From the NCBI GenBank assembly GCA_038244585.1, contig JBBRTI010000003.1, positions 1 through 59,835 of the forward strand: DNA of 59,835 bases, in the 5' to 3' direction. The position numbers and the translations under genes were made by a program. Below are positions 10,801-19,244 of the stretch, piece after piece (positions within the stretch are counted from its first letter, which is position 1; each line of letters starts with the position of its first letter). The notes beneath the pieces were generated by a model. That model was not told the DNA's origin. It ran no database searches and worked only from the letters and a program-made list of their open reading frames with translations. The DNA is from Candidatus Saccharimonadia bacterium. GTDB lineage: Bacteria > Patescibacteriota > Saccharimonadia > UBA4664.

Positions 10801-11915
10801 GCGAAGCCGCTGCCGCTCTTGGCTCCGGTATCAATTGAAACGTTTCCGGTACTCGAGTTGGTTCCGGTGCCGTCACCAGATTTGACTGTTACCCCGCCCG
10901 TCGACAGCCCGCTGCCGCCAGTCACATTTCCGCTGCGAACTGTCAGGCTAGCCGTTCCGGCGGCAGCGGAATCAGCTGTAGAGTGAAGTGGAGCCTGTAA
11001 GACGGCTGCTACGCCGGTACCGGAGATATTGAAGTTACTACTCGCCTGTTGGATAGTCGTATTCTGAATAAAATTGCTTGTTGTACCTGTAACAAAGCCA
11101 CAGTTCGCCGAGTTTTGGATACATAGCGTGCCGGCCTCGTTCGGTAGATTGATGGCGTTGTTGGTAGTTGGGGTGATAAACCCGAGAGTGGTTGTAAAAC
11201 CGCCTGAGGTTCCTTTTATGGTCGAGGCGGAAGTGCCCTGCAGAGTAAAGGCCGCTGTGCTTCGACCGATATTCAGACTGGTCTGAGTGCCCGTACCGAT
11301 ATTCATGGCCACGCCAGTAGCGGTATCAATCAGTGGGGCTTGGAGTGAGGTGGCAGCCTGCAGGCTGCCGGTAACGTTGAGTGATCCGGATTGCGCGCTG
11401 CCCGGGTTAAGCTGAGCGAAAGCCGCTGCGCTCAGACCCTGCAGCTTGTCCGAGTTGAAGGCGTAGGCGGCAGCAGTGAACTGGATGCGCGGAGCCATTT
11501 CCGCATCGGTACTGAAGGTGATGCCCATGAATATATTGTCGGTGTTGAAGTCGACCGATCCCGGCAAAGCCGTGACATCGCCTAGGTTGGTCTGGAACAC
11601 GCCGTCGCTGACCGTCAGACTTTTGGACTCGGTCCACACCGCCGCTCCACCGGGAGCCTGCTGGGAGTAGATTTTGAAGACGAAGGTGTAGCTGCCGTTG
11701 GCCACGTTAGTACCGTTGGTGTTGACTACTTTACCCTAGAAATTAACCGTTTTGTTGATGCCTGTGGCGGCTATTACCGGCGCCGGCAAGGTGCCTGCGA
11801 CCACACTCAATACAACGCCTAAAAGACCAGTTAGCGCTAAGGCCTTAGTCTTGTGCCGACGTATGGCTACCGCCGTTACCCTGAATATCCGACTCGTGAC
11901 GAGACGATTGGGCAA
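7851..11915 (-). pseudogene. Modular fibre-like adhesin gene interrupted by an in-frame TAG at 11736-11738
   Basis: GGAG plus TTG at 11915 gives MPNRLVTSRIFRVTAVAIRRHKTKALALTGLLGVVLSVVAGTLPAPVIA-ATGINKTVNF*GKVVNTNGTNVANGSYTF, in frame with the 1284-aa ORF (11705..7851). That ORF has no signal peptide of its own. Confidence 0.65.
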
Positions 11916-11946
11916 ACTTACTCCATCACAACATTTACCCTTATAG

Positions 11947-11975
11947 CATAAGGGTTTTGTTACTTAAACACAAGC
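11947..11975 (-). promoter_or_regulatory. Sigma70-like promoter for the fibre gene
   Basis: TTTAAG-17 nt-TATAAG with an extended TGC. The spacer ends in CTTATGC. Boundaries approximate. Confidence 0.45.
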
Positions 11976-12093
11976 AGTATTAGGCTCACAACAAGGGAAA
12001 ACCCGGGGCGTCAGCGAGTTACCTATACCGGACGGAGCAGCACTTTTATTAAATTAGGTACGACTTGTGTATAATTCGCCAAAAGTACTACCC

Positions 12094-13035
12094 TCACAGG
12101 GACCTGCGCCGCCGCCACAATAACCAGCCCAGCAGCCCGAAAACCCCAGCCACAGCCAAGGCCGCGATCCAAACGATTGCCAAGCCCACATACCAGAACG
12201 TGATAATTGAGGTTTGAGTCTGATAGGTACCGTCATAGCGATAACTGGTTTCAGCCTTGTATCGCCCTGGAAGCCAGGCCGCGCCGACTGTCAGCAGGGG
12301 CGTTTCGTACCGGCGGAAACTTTCGGGCAGGATTGTGCCCGAACCATCGTTCAGGGCGCCACGCCGCACGACTCGCCCCAGCGGATCCGTAATTGTGACA
12401 GTACCCCGAGGTACTAGGTGGACGTTGCCCAGGTTCTGAAACCGCTGGTACACATTAGAGGGCATGCGCAACCCAAACTGGTCAACGCTCTGGCTTACCA
12501 GCTTGAGCCGTGCATTTATACCGCCATCCTTGGTCAACAGGACCAGCGACGACAAGACCTGGCGCAGGTTGACCCGCGGATCCGTCCCCGAAACACCGCC
12601 GGTGTCTGTGACGGCCGTCGCCAAAATTGCTCCGTAATGGCCGCCAGGCGCCAGTGACGGGCGGTTTGTAATCGTTACGTTCACCTGCACGCTCTTTCCT
12701 GCGGCCACGAAAATAGTGTTGGTGCCCAAACTCATCCATGCCGCCAGGCCGTAACGGTGCTCAAGCTCGCTCGTCGGGGTTCCCAAAAAGGCGACTCCAC
12801 CGGACTCGTCCAGGGAGCCGAAATCGACCGCTGAGAGACGGAAATTCTGATCAGTTGGCGTAGTATTGGTCAGTTGCAGAGCGTATTGGGCTTCATTCTG
12901 CTCCGCCGTCAGTACAACGCTCTGAAACGCGGGCGAGATAACAAAGCCCTGGCTAGCGGCGAGCGCCGGCTGAGCCGAACCCAGACCCGCAGTCCAAACA
13001 AGGGTGGCCGCAATCAGGAGACGCCGCAGCCCCAC
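12094..13035 (-). CDS. DUF916/WxL-interacting (CscA-like) membrane protein
   Basis: Signal peptide, ISPAFQSV..LTNTT, LAAWM..V.V.IT...LAPGGHYGAIL, FQNLGNVHLVPRG.V.I.D..G, C-terminal TM plus WRRRR. Confidence 0.75.
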   Translation of the reverse strand: MGLRRLLIAATLVWTAGLGSAQPALAASQGFVISPAFQSVVLTAEQNEAQYALQLTNTTPTDQNFRLSAVDFGSLDESGGVAFLGTPTSELEHRYGLAAWMSLGTNTIFVAAGKSVQVNVTITNRPSLAPGGHYGAILATAVTDTGGVSGTDPRVNLRQVLSSLVLLTKDGGINARLKLVSQSVDQFGLRMPSNVYQRFQNLGNVHLVPRGTVTITDPLGRVVRRGALNDGSGTILPESFRRYETPLLTVGAAWLPGRYKAETSYRYDGTYQTQTSIITFWYVGLAIVWIAALAVAGVFGLLGWLLWRRRRSL

Positions 13036-13037
13036 GG

Positions 13038-14099
13038 CTATTTCTTGCGGCCCAGTTTACGCGCCCCGCTCCAGGTGCCCCGGACCAGGCCGAAGATACC
13101 GAACCCGATGAGCAGGGCCATGGCCAGGAGGGCCAACAGGAAACGCCACGGAATGACCCAAAACGAGATTTCGCTCTCCAAAGGTACGTCACGCTGCCCG
13201 TCGTCATAGACAGCGAACAAATGAGCCGTATACTTGCCAAACCGCAAATGCGGGGTAATATCCTTGCCTTCACCATTACTCCACACCAAATGGTTGACCT
13301 GTTGGTTCTTATCATCAATTTTAGTCTTTCCGCCCTCCACCACTGCTTCGTTATGCGGAAAACCGTCAGTCCAGATGCTGTTATAAATCCTATTCGATTG
13401 CGGCAGGACATTCCCCTGTTCGGCGTTAATAGACAGGGTGGCGACTTGCTCCTTTCCCTTAGTGATAAAGATATTTCCGGAAGGAATCAGGTGGACATTG
13501 CCCCCGTTGTGGAACTGAATATCAAACTTGGCCGGGACGAACTCATAGAGCCGGTGTTCCGACGTGAACGACGATAATTGCAGCGAACGCTTGGCGTTAG
13601 GTACTTTCGCGTCGAGTAATACCAAAACCGCAGTGCCACCATTAATGGCGTTGGTGTTGCCCGGCTGACGTACATCATCGCCCGCGCGGCTGAAGACTAC
13701 AGCGTAATAGTACCCGAAGGCCGCATCTTTAGGCACATTAATAGTCATGTGAACCGTTTGCCAGACGTTGGACGGTGCGTCAAACTGAGTTTTATCGAAC
13801 TTTACCCAGTCAAAGTAGGTATCACCGGGTCCCCGGTCGACGAGCCGCGGCTTGCCTTCAGCGCCGAAGGCGGCGAATTTCATCAGGCTGACCTTGAGGC
13901 GTTGGGTGTCTCCCCCAGCCTGCTTGATTCGCAGGTCAGTGCTGACCGTTTTGCCGGGATCCGTCGAAAGATTAATCGGTAGCGGCGAGGTTATCAGATT
14001 CAACGGCTTAGAGTCGGCGGCCGCCGTGGCCAGGGGCATAAGCAGCTGTGCTGACAGCAGCGTAGCGAAAGTCAGAAAAATGAATAATCGTTGCTTCAT
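13038..14099 (-). CDS. DUF916/WxL-interacting (CscA-like) membrane protein
   Basis: Signal peptide, TSPLPINL..DPG, YFDWVKF..V.MTINVPKDA..GYYYAVVF, FHNGGNVHLIPSG.I.I, C-terminal TM plus basic tail. Confidence 0.78.
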   Translation of the reverse strand: MKQRLFIFLTFATLLSAQLLMPLATAAADSKPLNLITSPLPINLSTDPGKTVSTDLRIKQAGGDTQRLKVSLMKFAAFGAEGKPRLVDRGPGDTYFDWVKFDKTQFDAPSNVWQTVHMTINVPKDAAFGYYYAVVFSRAGDDVRQPGNTNAINGGTAVLVLLDAKVPNAKRSLQLSSFTSEHRLYEFVPAKFDIQFHNGGNVHLIPSGNIFITKGKEQVATLSINAEQGNVLPQSNRIYNSIWTDGFPHNEAVVEGGKTKIDDKNQQVNHLVWSNGEGKDITPHLRFGKYTAHLFAVYDDGQRDVPLESEISFWVIPWRFLLALLAMALLIGFGIFGLVRGTWSGARKLGRKK

Positions 14100-14123
14100 A
14101 AAGAACCTTTGTACAGTGGTGAT

Positions 14124-15206
14124 CTAAAAGTTGCCGGCGCCCACTACAGTAAGAATATCAGTGTAGTCGCTGGAGGCCGGAGTGTAGTTGGCGATGGCCG
14201 CCCGTTCAATCAAGGTGATAACATCCCCGGCGGAAAAGGCCGGTGACGCGCCGGTACAGGCGGCACTAGGCTGGAATGTTGCGCTTAAGGCTCCGCCCGT
14301 GGCCGAGGTTACTGGGCCGCCAGTCGTTGTCCCATTATACGATGAATCTATCACTAGGGTACAGCCGCCTGCCGCATCCGTCGTCAAGTCAGTATCGAGC
14401 ATATAACCCTCTGTCCCGGCGGTAATTTGTTTCAGCGGCGGCGCCCCCGACATGGTGCTGGTCGTTACAATAGTGTAGTTGGCTGTTGTCGAACGCAACC
14501 CCTGCTGGGAGTCTTTAACCCAGGCAATCCAGCCGCCTTTGGCATTTGTGGTGACACTCACCGTCTTGCCGCTAGTCGAGATTACCTGGGTTGAATCAAG
14601 GTTGGTAACAAACGGGTCGCTGTTACCAGACAAAGCGAAGCTAAAGGACGGCGGTACAACGGCCGTAACTACTATCTGATCATCATTGATGTTCGCCAAG
14701 GCGATATTAGTGAAGTCGATTACAACGGCTCCGGACGTTTGAGTCTGGATATTGGCCTGCTGGTTGGTCGCAGGCCCGGAGGCCGTTGTGAGAGTACTAG
14801 TACCAACAAAATTGAAGCAATACGGTGTGCCGACGGTGAGATCGCCGGACGGAAAGGTGGCCGTCTTGGCGATGTTATCAACGGCTGATGCTGTGCCGAT
14901 ACCAAGCCAAGCCGATGCGCCTGAGGGTAGGTTTGTGGTGGTAACCGTCCAGTTTGCTGCCGTCGCGTTCAACGTGTACGTTGATGGAAAAGTTACGACA
15001 ACTTTACCCTCAGTCGCGGTCGAGGCCGGCGTAGCACAAACCGTACCGCCAGTCGCGGTGTTGACCTTCATACGGTCAAGACGCACATACGCCTGGCTAA
15101 ACCCGACCGCTCCGGCCGCAACAGGCGTGAATGCCGACAACGTACTCAGTACGATTGCCACCACAGACACAATATGAACAATTGTTCGGGGCTTCCAGCT
15201 CCGCAT
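14124..15206 (-). CDS. Secreted WxL-like subunit (paralog 1)
   Basis: Signal peptide. DDQIVVTAVVPPSFSFALSG...V.TNAKGGW.AWVKD...YTDILTVVGAGNF at the C-terminus. Confidence 0.75.
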   Translation of the reverse strand: MRSWKPRTIVHIVSVVAIVLSTLSAFTPVAAGAVGFSQAYVRLDRMKVNTATGGTVCATPASTATEGKVVVTFPSTYTLNATAANWTVTTTNLPSGASAWLGIGTASAVDNIAKTATFPSGDLTVGTPYCFNFVGTSTLTTASGPATNQQANIQTQTSGAVVIDFTNIALANINDDQIVVTAVVPPSFSFALSGNSDPFVTNLDSTQVISTSGKTVSVTTNAKGGWIAWVKDSQQGLRSTTANYTIVTTSTMSGAPPLKQITAGTEGYMLDTDLTTDAAGGCTLVIDSSYNGTTTGGPVTSATGGALSATFQPSAACTGASPAFSAGDVITLIERAAIANYTPASSDYTDILTVVGAGNF

Positions 15207-15223
15207 ATAACCTCTTTCACTAC

Positions 15224-15263
15224 ACTACTTAAAACTAGTGTAGCTAAAGCATAAGCAGGTTGC
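15224..15263 (-). promoter_or_regulatory. Sigma70-like promoter of 14124 gene with GCTTATGCT in the spacer
   Basis: TTGCAA-CCTGCTTATGCTTTAGC (17 nt)-TACACT. Boundaries approximate. Confidence 0.55.
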
Positions 15264-15286
15264 AAGATGTAAAACGCCAAATAATC

Positions 15287-15312
15287 AAAAAAAGCCGTAT
15301 TTACGGCTTTTT
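15287..15312. terminator. Rho-independent terminator
   Basis: AAAAAGCCGTA / TACGGCTTTTT inverted repeat with A and T tails, just downstream of the 15327 gene. Confidence 0.8.
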
Positions 15313-15326
15313 GAGGGGTATTGCTG

Positions 15327-16442
15327 TTAGAAGTTGCCGGCGCCGACGATGGTCAGGATGTCGGAGTAGTCGGATCCGGCCGGGGTGCCACCACGGATGG
15401 TTGCGCGTTCAATGAGGCTGAGGACGTCACCGTCTGAGGTACCAGGAGCGGACGTTTGGCGGGTGCAGGACCCGATTGGCTGGAACGAGGCACTGAAGGC
15501 GCCGACGTTTGTGGCTGAACCGTTGTACTCCGGGTCGACAACTGTGGTGCATCCGCCGACGTTGGCGGTAATGATGGCGGTTACCAGTCCGTAACCCTCG
15601 GTTCCGGCCGTAAGAGCTTCCGGTGTGGCGTTTATCGTACCCTTGGTGGGTATCTTATAGTTGGCGGTGGCTGAGAATAATCCCTGCTGGCTGTCTTTGG
15701 CCCAAGCTATCCAGCCGCCGACTGCGTTCGTCACGATGCTGACGGTTCGGCCAGAGGTGCTGACAATGGCTGCCGGGTCCAGGTTGCTCTGGAAAGCGTC
15801 GGTATTACCATCGAGTGTCAGGGAAAAACTAGGCGGAACAATGGCCGAGACGACAATCTGGTCGTCAGTGATGACAGAGGTCGACCAGTTAGTTTGGTTG
15901 ATTGTGGTTGGTACGACGTCTTCGGTGTAGAGTGTTGCTCCGACTATGGCCGATCCGGCTGCAGCCGTGCTGGTAGTAAAAGTATTGGTACCTGCAATAT
16001 GGAAACAGTAGAGAGTAGCTGCTGCTAAGTCGCCCGATGGGAAGGTTACCGTGTGACCGCTGACCGCGGTTGCGGTACCGATTCCCGGCCAGGCGGCGGC
16101 GGCGACTGCTGGATCACTGCCGGGCTCAGAGGGCAGGTTAAGTGTGTCTACTGTCCAGTTAGCCGTAGTCGCGTTTACGACGAAGTCAGTTCCGGCGCCG
16201 ACCAGCGTCGGGAAAGTGATCTTTACGTCCACTTCTACGCCCGCCGTACTGGCAGCCGTTGGCTTAGCACAGACCATGACGCCAGTTTGGGTCAGGGCCT
16301 TGTGGCGATCCAGCCGTACAAAGGTCTCGGTAAACTGAGGCGCACTGGCCGCCTGAGCAATCTGGATGAACGAGGGCGCCATCGTTTCCAGCAGTATGGC
16401 CGTGGTCGTAGCAAAGATAAGTTTTAATTTTTGGGATTTCAT
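15327..16442 (-). CDS. Secreted WxL-like subunit (paralog 2)
   Basis: Colinear similarity to the 14124 protein (VRLDR, TFPSGDL..T.YCF, DDQIVV.A.VPPSFS). Ends YSDILTIVGAGNF. Confidence 0.78.
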   Translation of the reverse strand: MKSQKLKLIFATTTAILLETMAPSFIQIAQAASAPQFTETFVRLDRHKALTQTGVMVCAKPTAASTAGVEVDVKITFPTLVGAGTDFVVNATTANWTVDTLNLPSEPGSDPAVAAAAWPGIGTATAVSGHTVTFPSGDLAAATLYCFHIAGTNTFTTSTAAAGSAIVGATLYTEDVVPTTINQTNWSTSVITDDQIVVSAIVPPSFSLTLDGNTDAFQSNLDPAAIVSTSGRTVSIVTNAVGGWIAWAKDSQQGLFSATANYKIPTKGTINATPEALTAGTEGYGLVTAIITANVGGCTTVVDPEYNGSATNVGAFSASFQPIGSCTRQTSAPGTSDGDVLSLIERATIRGGTPAGSDYSDILTIVGAGNF

Positions 16443-16560
16443 TTTTTGTTATTTTCTGTCGATGGCTTTTAGTTGTTCCGCCGACGTTTGGTTTTTAAAA
16501 CTACTTACGCTTAGATTACAGGAAGAAACTTATGGCTGTCAATACTTTTTACAACGTTTC

Positions 16561-16569
16561 TTTTCCACA
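16561..16569 (+). promoter_or_regulatory. DnaA-box match TTTTCCACA
   Basis: Matches TT[A/T]TNCACA. Lies upstream of the 15327 gene. Confidence 0.3.
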
Positions 16570-16580
16570 ACACCAATTAG

Positions 16581-17636
16581 TTAAAAACTGGCCGCTGCAA
16601 CGAGGGTGAGAATCTCAGAGTAATCCTCCGAGGACGGTGTCAACGCCTGGGACTTAGCCTTAAGGATAATGGAACTCTGGCCACCGACGATTGGGGCTGT
16701 GGCGCTGACAATAGTCCTCAGAAGCGTATCGGCAATGCCGACAATGCTGCCGCTGCCGTTATAAGGCGCTGAGGCCGAAAGCGGACCGCCGGAAGTCTGA
16801 GTGACGCTTGACACCTGCGCACCGAAACCTTCGCTCAGCGAGCTGATATCGCCGGATTGCGAGGCAATGGTGTATGCGGTGGTGGCTGATTTAAGGCCGG
16901 CGTTCTTACCTGCGAGGTATACGTTTCCGCCCGACTCGGCATTGGAGGCGAAATTAATCCAGATTGGCAATGACGCGTTGGCGACGCTCGCCGGCAACAG
17001 GCTGGCGAAATTCGCCACATAGGGCGGAGCCGAGGGGTTGTTGGCGGCGGACACGTTGATATCAAAGGCAAGCTGAGGATTAGCCGTGGCAACGTTGGCC
17101 GTCGGTCCGTAGCCGGATTCCGTATAATGTCCGCGATAGGCTTTGGCTTTGACTGTATAAACGGTACCGGAGTTTAAACCCCGTATTAGAACGCCGCTGG
17201 CGCTACCGAAAGCGGCGTAGGTCTGGTAGTCGGCCAGCGCCAGGCTGGCTCCGACCGTCAGATCGCTTTTAACGTATTGAGTGGTCGCGAAGTTGTCGGT
17301 GGATATGGCCACGGCAAACAGCGCGTCGCTGGGGTTACTCTGAGGTCCGATAGTCAACTGCAGCTTGTTATACCACTGGGCATTGTTGGCAATTGCGACG
17401 GTGGGCACATTGGCCTGTTTGGCGTAGGTCTCGCCGCCGCCAATCTTAAAGTTGGAAGAACTGGTAGAGCCAGCCGTATCGCCGGCGATTCCGTTTATAG
17501 AATAATTAGACGAGCTGGTCCCCGCTGTCCCGCCGGTGCCGAAGCCGTAGGAATTGAGCTGGTAGTTACCGCTGGCTGGCAGCGCGGCCAGGATCATAAC
17601 CGACAGCGCCGTCTGTAGCCAATTCCCGCTCGTCAC
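16581..17636 (-). CDS. Secreted WxL-like protein with an FN3-like insert
   Basis: The GTG at 17636 overlaps the upstream TGA (GTGA). S.NY...G.GG N-terminus, GLNSGTVYTVKAKA FN3-like strand, C-terminus YSEILTLVAAASF. Confidence 0.72.
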   Translation of the reverse strand: MTSGNWLQTALSVMILAALPASGNYQLNSYGFGTGGTAGTSSSNYSINGIAGDTAGSTSSSNFKIGGGETYAKQANVPTVAIANNAQWYNKLQLTIGPQSNPSDALFAVAISTDNFATTQYVKSDLTVGASLALADYQTYAAFGSASGVLIRGLNSGTVYTVKAKAYRGHYTESGYGPTANVATANPQLAFDINVSAANNPSAPPYVANFASLLPASVANASLPIWINFASNAESGGNVYLAGKNAGLKSATTAYTIASQSGDISSLSEGFGAQVSSVTQTSGGPLSASAPYNGSGSIVGIADTLLRTIVSATAPIVGGQSSIILKAKSQALTPSSEDYSEILTLVAAASF

Positions 17637-18208
17637 CTGATCCACCTGACGCTTGGCTTGATGACGGCCATGATTTCCTCGGCGCTGGTCTTAATACTCG
17701 AACATGTCACCGAAACCGTCAGGAGTTTGGCCTGATGGACGATGAACAGCGTCTGCTCGCTTCCGTCGGCCTTGATCATGAGGACAGTCTTATCGGCTCC
17801 GAGCAAAGCCTTGGCACGGTACTCGGAGGTATTCATCTCACGCAGGCGGTAGCTGGAGTCCTCATGCGGGTCGCCCGAGGGCAAACTGGAGACATGGACG
17901 GTAATAGCCTGACGATAATCCCCTTTGGGTGAGAGGTTGTACTGCTCCAAGGCAGTGTTATCGGTTTTGATCTGAGCGAGCTGGTCATAGTAAGCCGGAT
18001 AGTCCAGCGACATATATAAGCCGGCCAATTGATGGGGCGGCTGTGGCGTTGGGGCGGCATTGGCCTTGGCGGCAGCCAAGTTGGTCGTTGTGATGTTGCC
18101 GGACACCGGCCCATCAACGAATCTCATGAGAAATATGATTGCCGCGCCGAAGATGACCCCGACGAGGATAAGAATCGATAAAGATTTAGCCAGACTTTGT
18201 CGTGTCAT
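17633..18208 (-). CDS. Single-TM extracytoplasmic hypothetical protein (possibly PsbP-like fold)
   Basis: 191 aa, N-terminal TM, translationally coupled to its neighbours. Confidence 0.65.
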   Translation of the reverse strand: MTRQSLAKSLSILILVGVIFGAAIIFLMRFVDGPVSGNITTTNLAAAKANAAPTPQPPHQLAGLYMSLDYPAYYDQLAQIKTDNTALEQYNLSPKGDYRQAITVHVSSLPSGDPHEDSSYRLREMNTSEYRAKALLGADKTVLMIKADGSEQTLFIVHQAKLLTVSVTCSSIKTSAEEIMAVIKPSVRWIR

Positions 18209-18217
18209 ATCCCCTCC

Positions 18218-19156
18218 TTATGCCAATGCGGCCATTTGGCCCTGCATGACAGTCTTTTCGCGACGCTCGCCCAGCCAGAACGACAGCACCATCAAGAACA
18301 AAACGATGATGAGCGGCCAGATGACCATCAATCCTCCGATATCGATACCGCTGCTGCCCTTGGTGGTGGAAGCCGTCGAGGCCGTTGGTTCGTTGACAAT
18401 CGTCGTCAACTGCAGATAGGCAGTATGTCCCGCGGCATCGGTTGCACGGATGATTAGTGGGAAAGCTCCCAAATAACCGCCGACCTTGTCATAGATATGA
18501 TCGAGAGTGAACGGGCCGGGGCCCAGGCGCGTCACTAGGCTGCTCTTGCCGTCGCCCCATTCGAAATTGACGGCGTATGGCGCCAGTCCGCCGACAATTT
18601 CAATAGGCCAGACAACCTGCTGTCCCGGCACGACCCCGCGATAATAACTGGTCGACTGTAGGAGCAGCTCGCTAGAAAACCCAAAACCTCCGGCTGGGAC
18701 GTTGAGGGTGACGTTGACTGTCGGAGAGTCAGGGCCGGCCTGATCGTTGGTGTTGAAAGCGATGGCAGTAAGGGCGTTAGAGCCAATCAACAGGTCAATC
18801 GGCAGGTTGAAATGGCCCGAGGCGTCGCAGATAATACTACCGGCCAGGACCCCGTTCTTAAAGACTTTGATAAGCGTACCCTTTGGGCATGTGCCCGAGG
18901 CGGTAACCGGGTTGGATACAAAAGTCTGGCCGTTGACCGGCGAGGTAATAACGGCCGGCTGCGTTGGGCGCGGCCCCGGCACCACCGCCAGGACCGTGTA
19001 GGTGCCAGAGCCAGTAAGAGCCGCCTGTGCCGGCGTAGTTACCATCGCCGCAATGAAACTCGTGACCAACAGCAAGAATACGAGCAACGCGTAGGACGTT
19101 TCTCGATGGGGCCTCAGCCGCCCCGTATGCCGATGATGACTTAGCTTTACAACCAT
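18218..19156 (-). CDS. Doubly membrane-anchored Ig-like plus PKD-like protein
   Basis: HHRHTGRLRPHRETSY N-terminus, TM, P..ITSP.NG..V.GTC..G.F...IDL..G.N.L Ig-like domain, WGDG..H.Y...G PKD-like domain, C-terminal TM. Confidence 0.75.
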   Translation of the reverse strand: MVVKLSHHRHTGRLRPHRETSYALLVFLLLVTSFIAAMVTTPAQAALTGSGTYTVLAVVPGPRPTQPAVITSPVNGQTFVSNPVTASGTCPKGTLIKVFKNGVLAGSIICDASGHFNLPIDLLIGSNALTAIAFNTNDQAGPDSPTVNVTLNVPAGGFGFSSELLLQSTSYYRGVVPGQQVVWPIEIVGGLAPYAVNFEWGDGKSSLVTRLGPGPFTLDHIYDKVGGYLGAFPLIIRATDAAGHTAYLQLTTIVNEPTASTASTTKGSSGIDIGGLMVIWPLIIVLFLMVLSFWLGERREKTVMQGQMAALA

Positions 19157-19244
19157 AACTGTTACTTATGAATATAGCATAAGCGTGACAGATAGACGGC
19201 CCGTTGTACAAAGCAAAGCGTAACCGCTATCATATTATTACTGA

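Noticed and set aside
7851-11705. Classical type V autotransporter or trimeric autotransporter
   Set aside because: No C-terminal beta-barrel or YadA anchor, and no outer-membrane machinery is evident in the window.
11736-11738. Genome-wide TAG-to-Gln recoding
   Set aside because: TAG ends ftsZ, ftsA, hisS, rel and nrdR at their expected C-termini, so it is a normal stop codon here.
11990-12050. Riboswitch upstream of the fibre gene
   Set aside because: Only fragmentary resemblance to fluoride, ZTP or c-di-nucleotide motifs, and it lies upstream of the predicted promoter.
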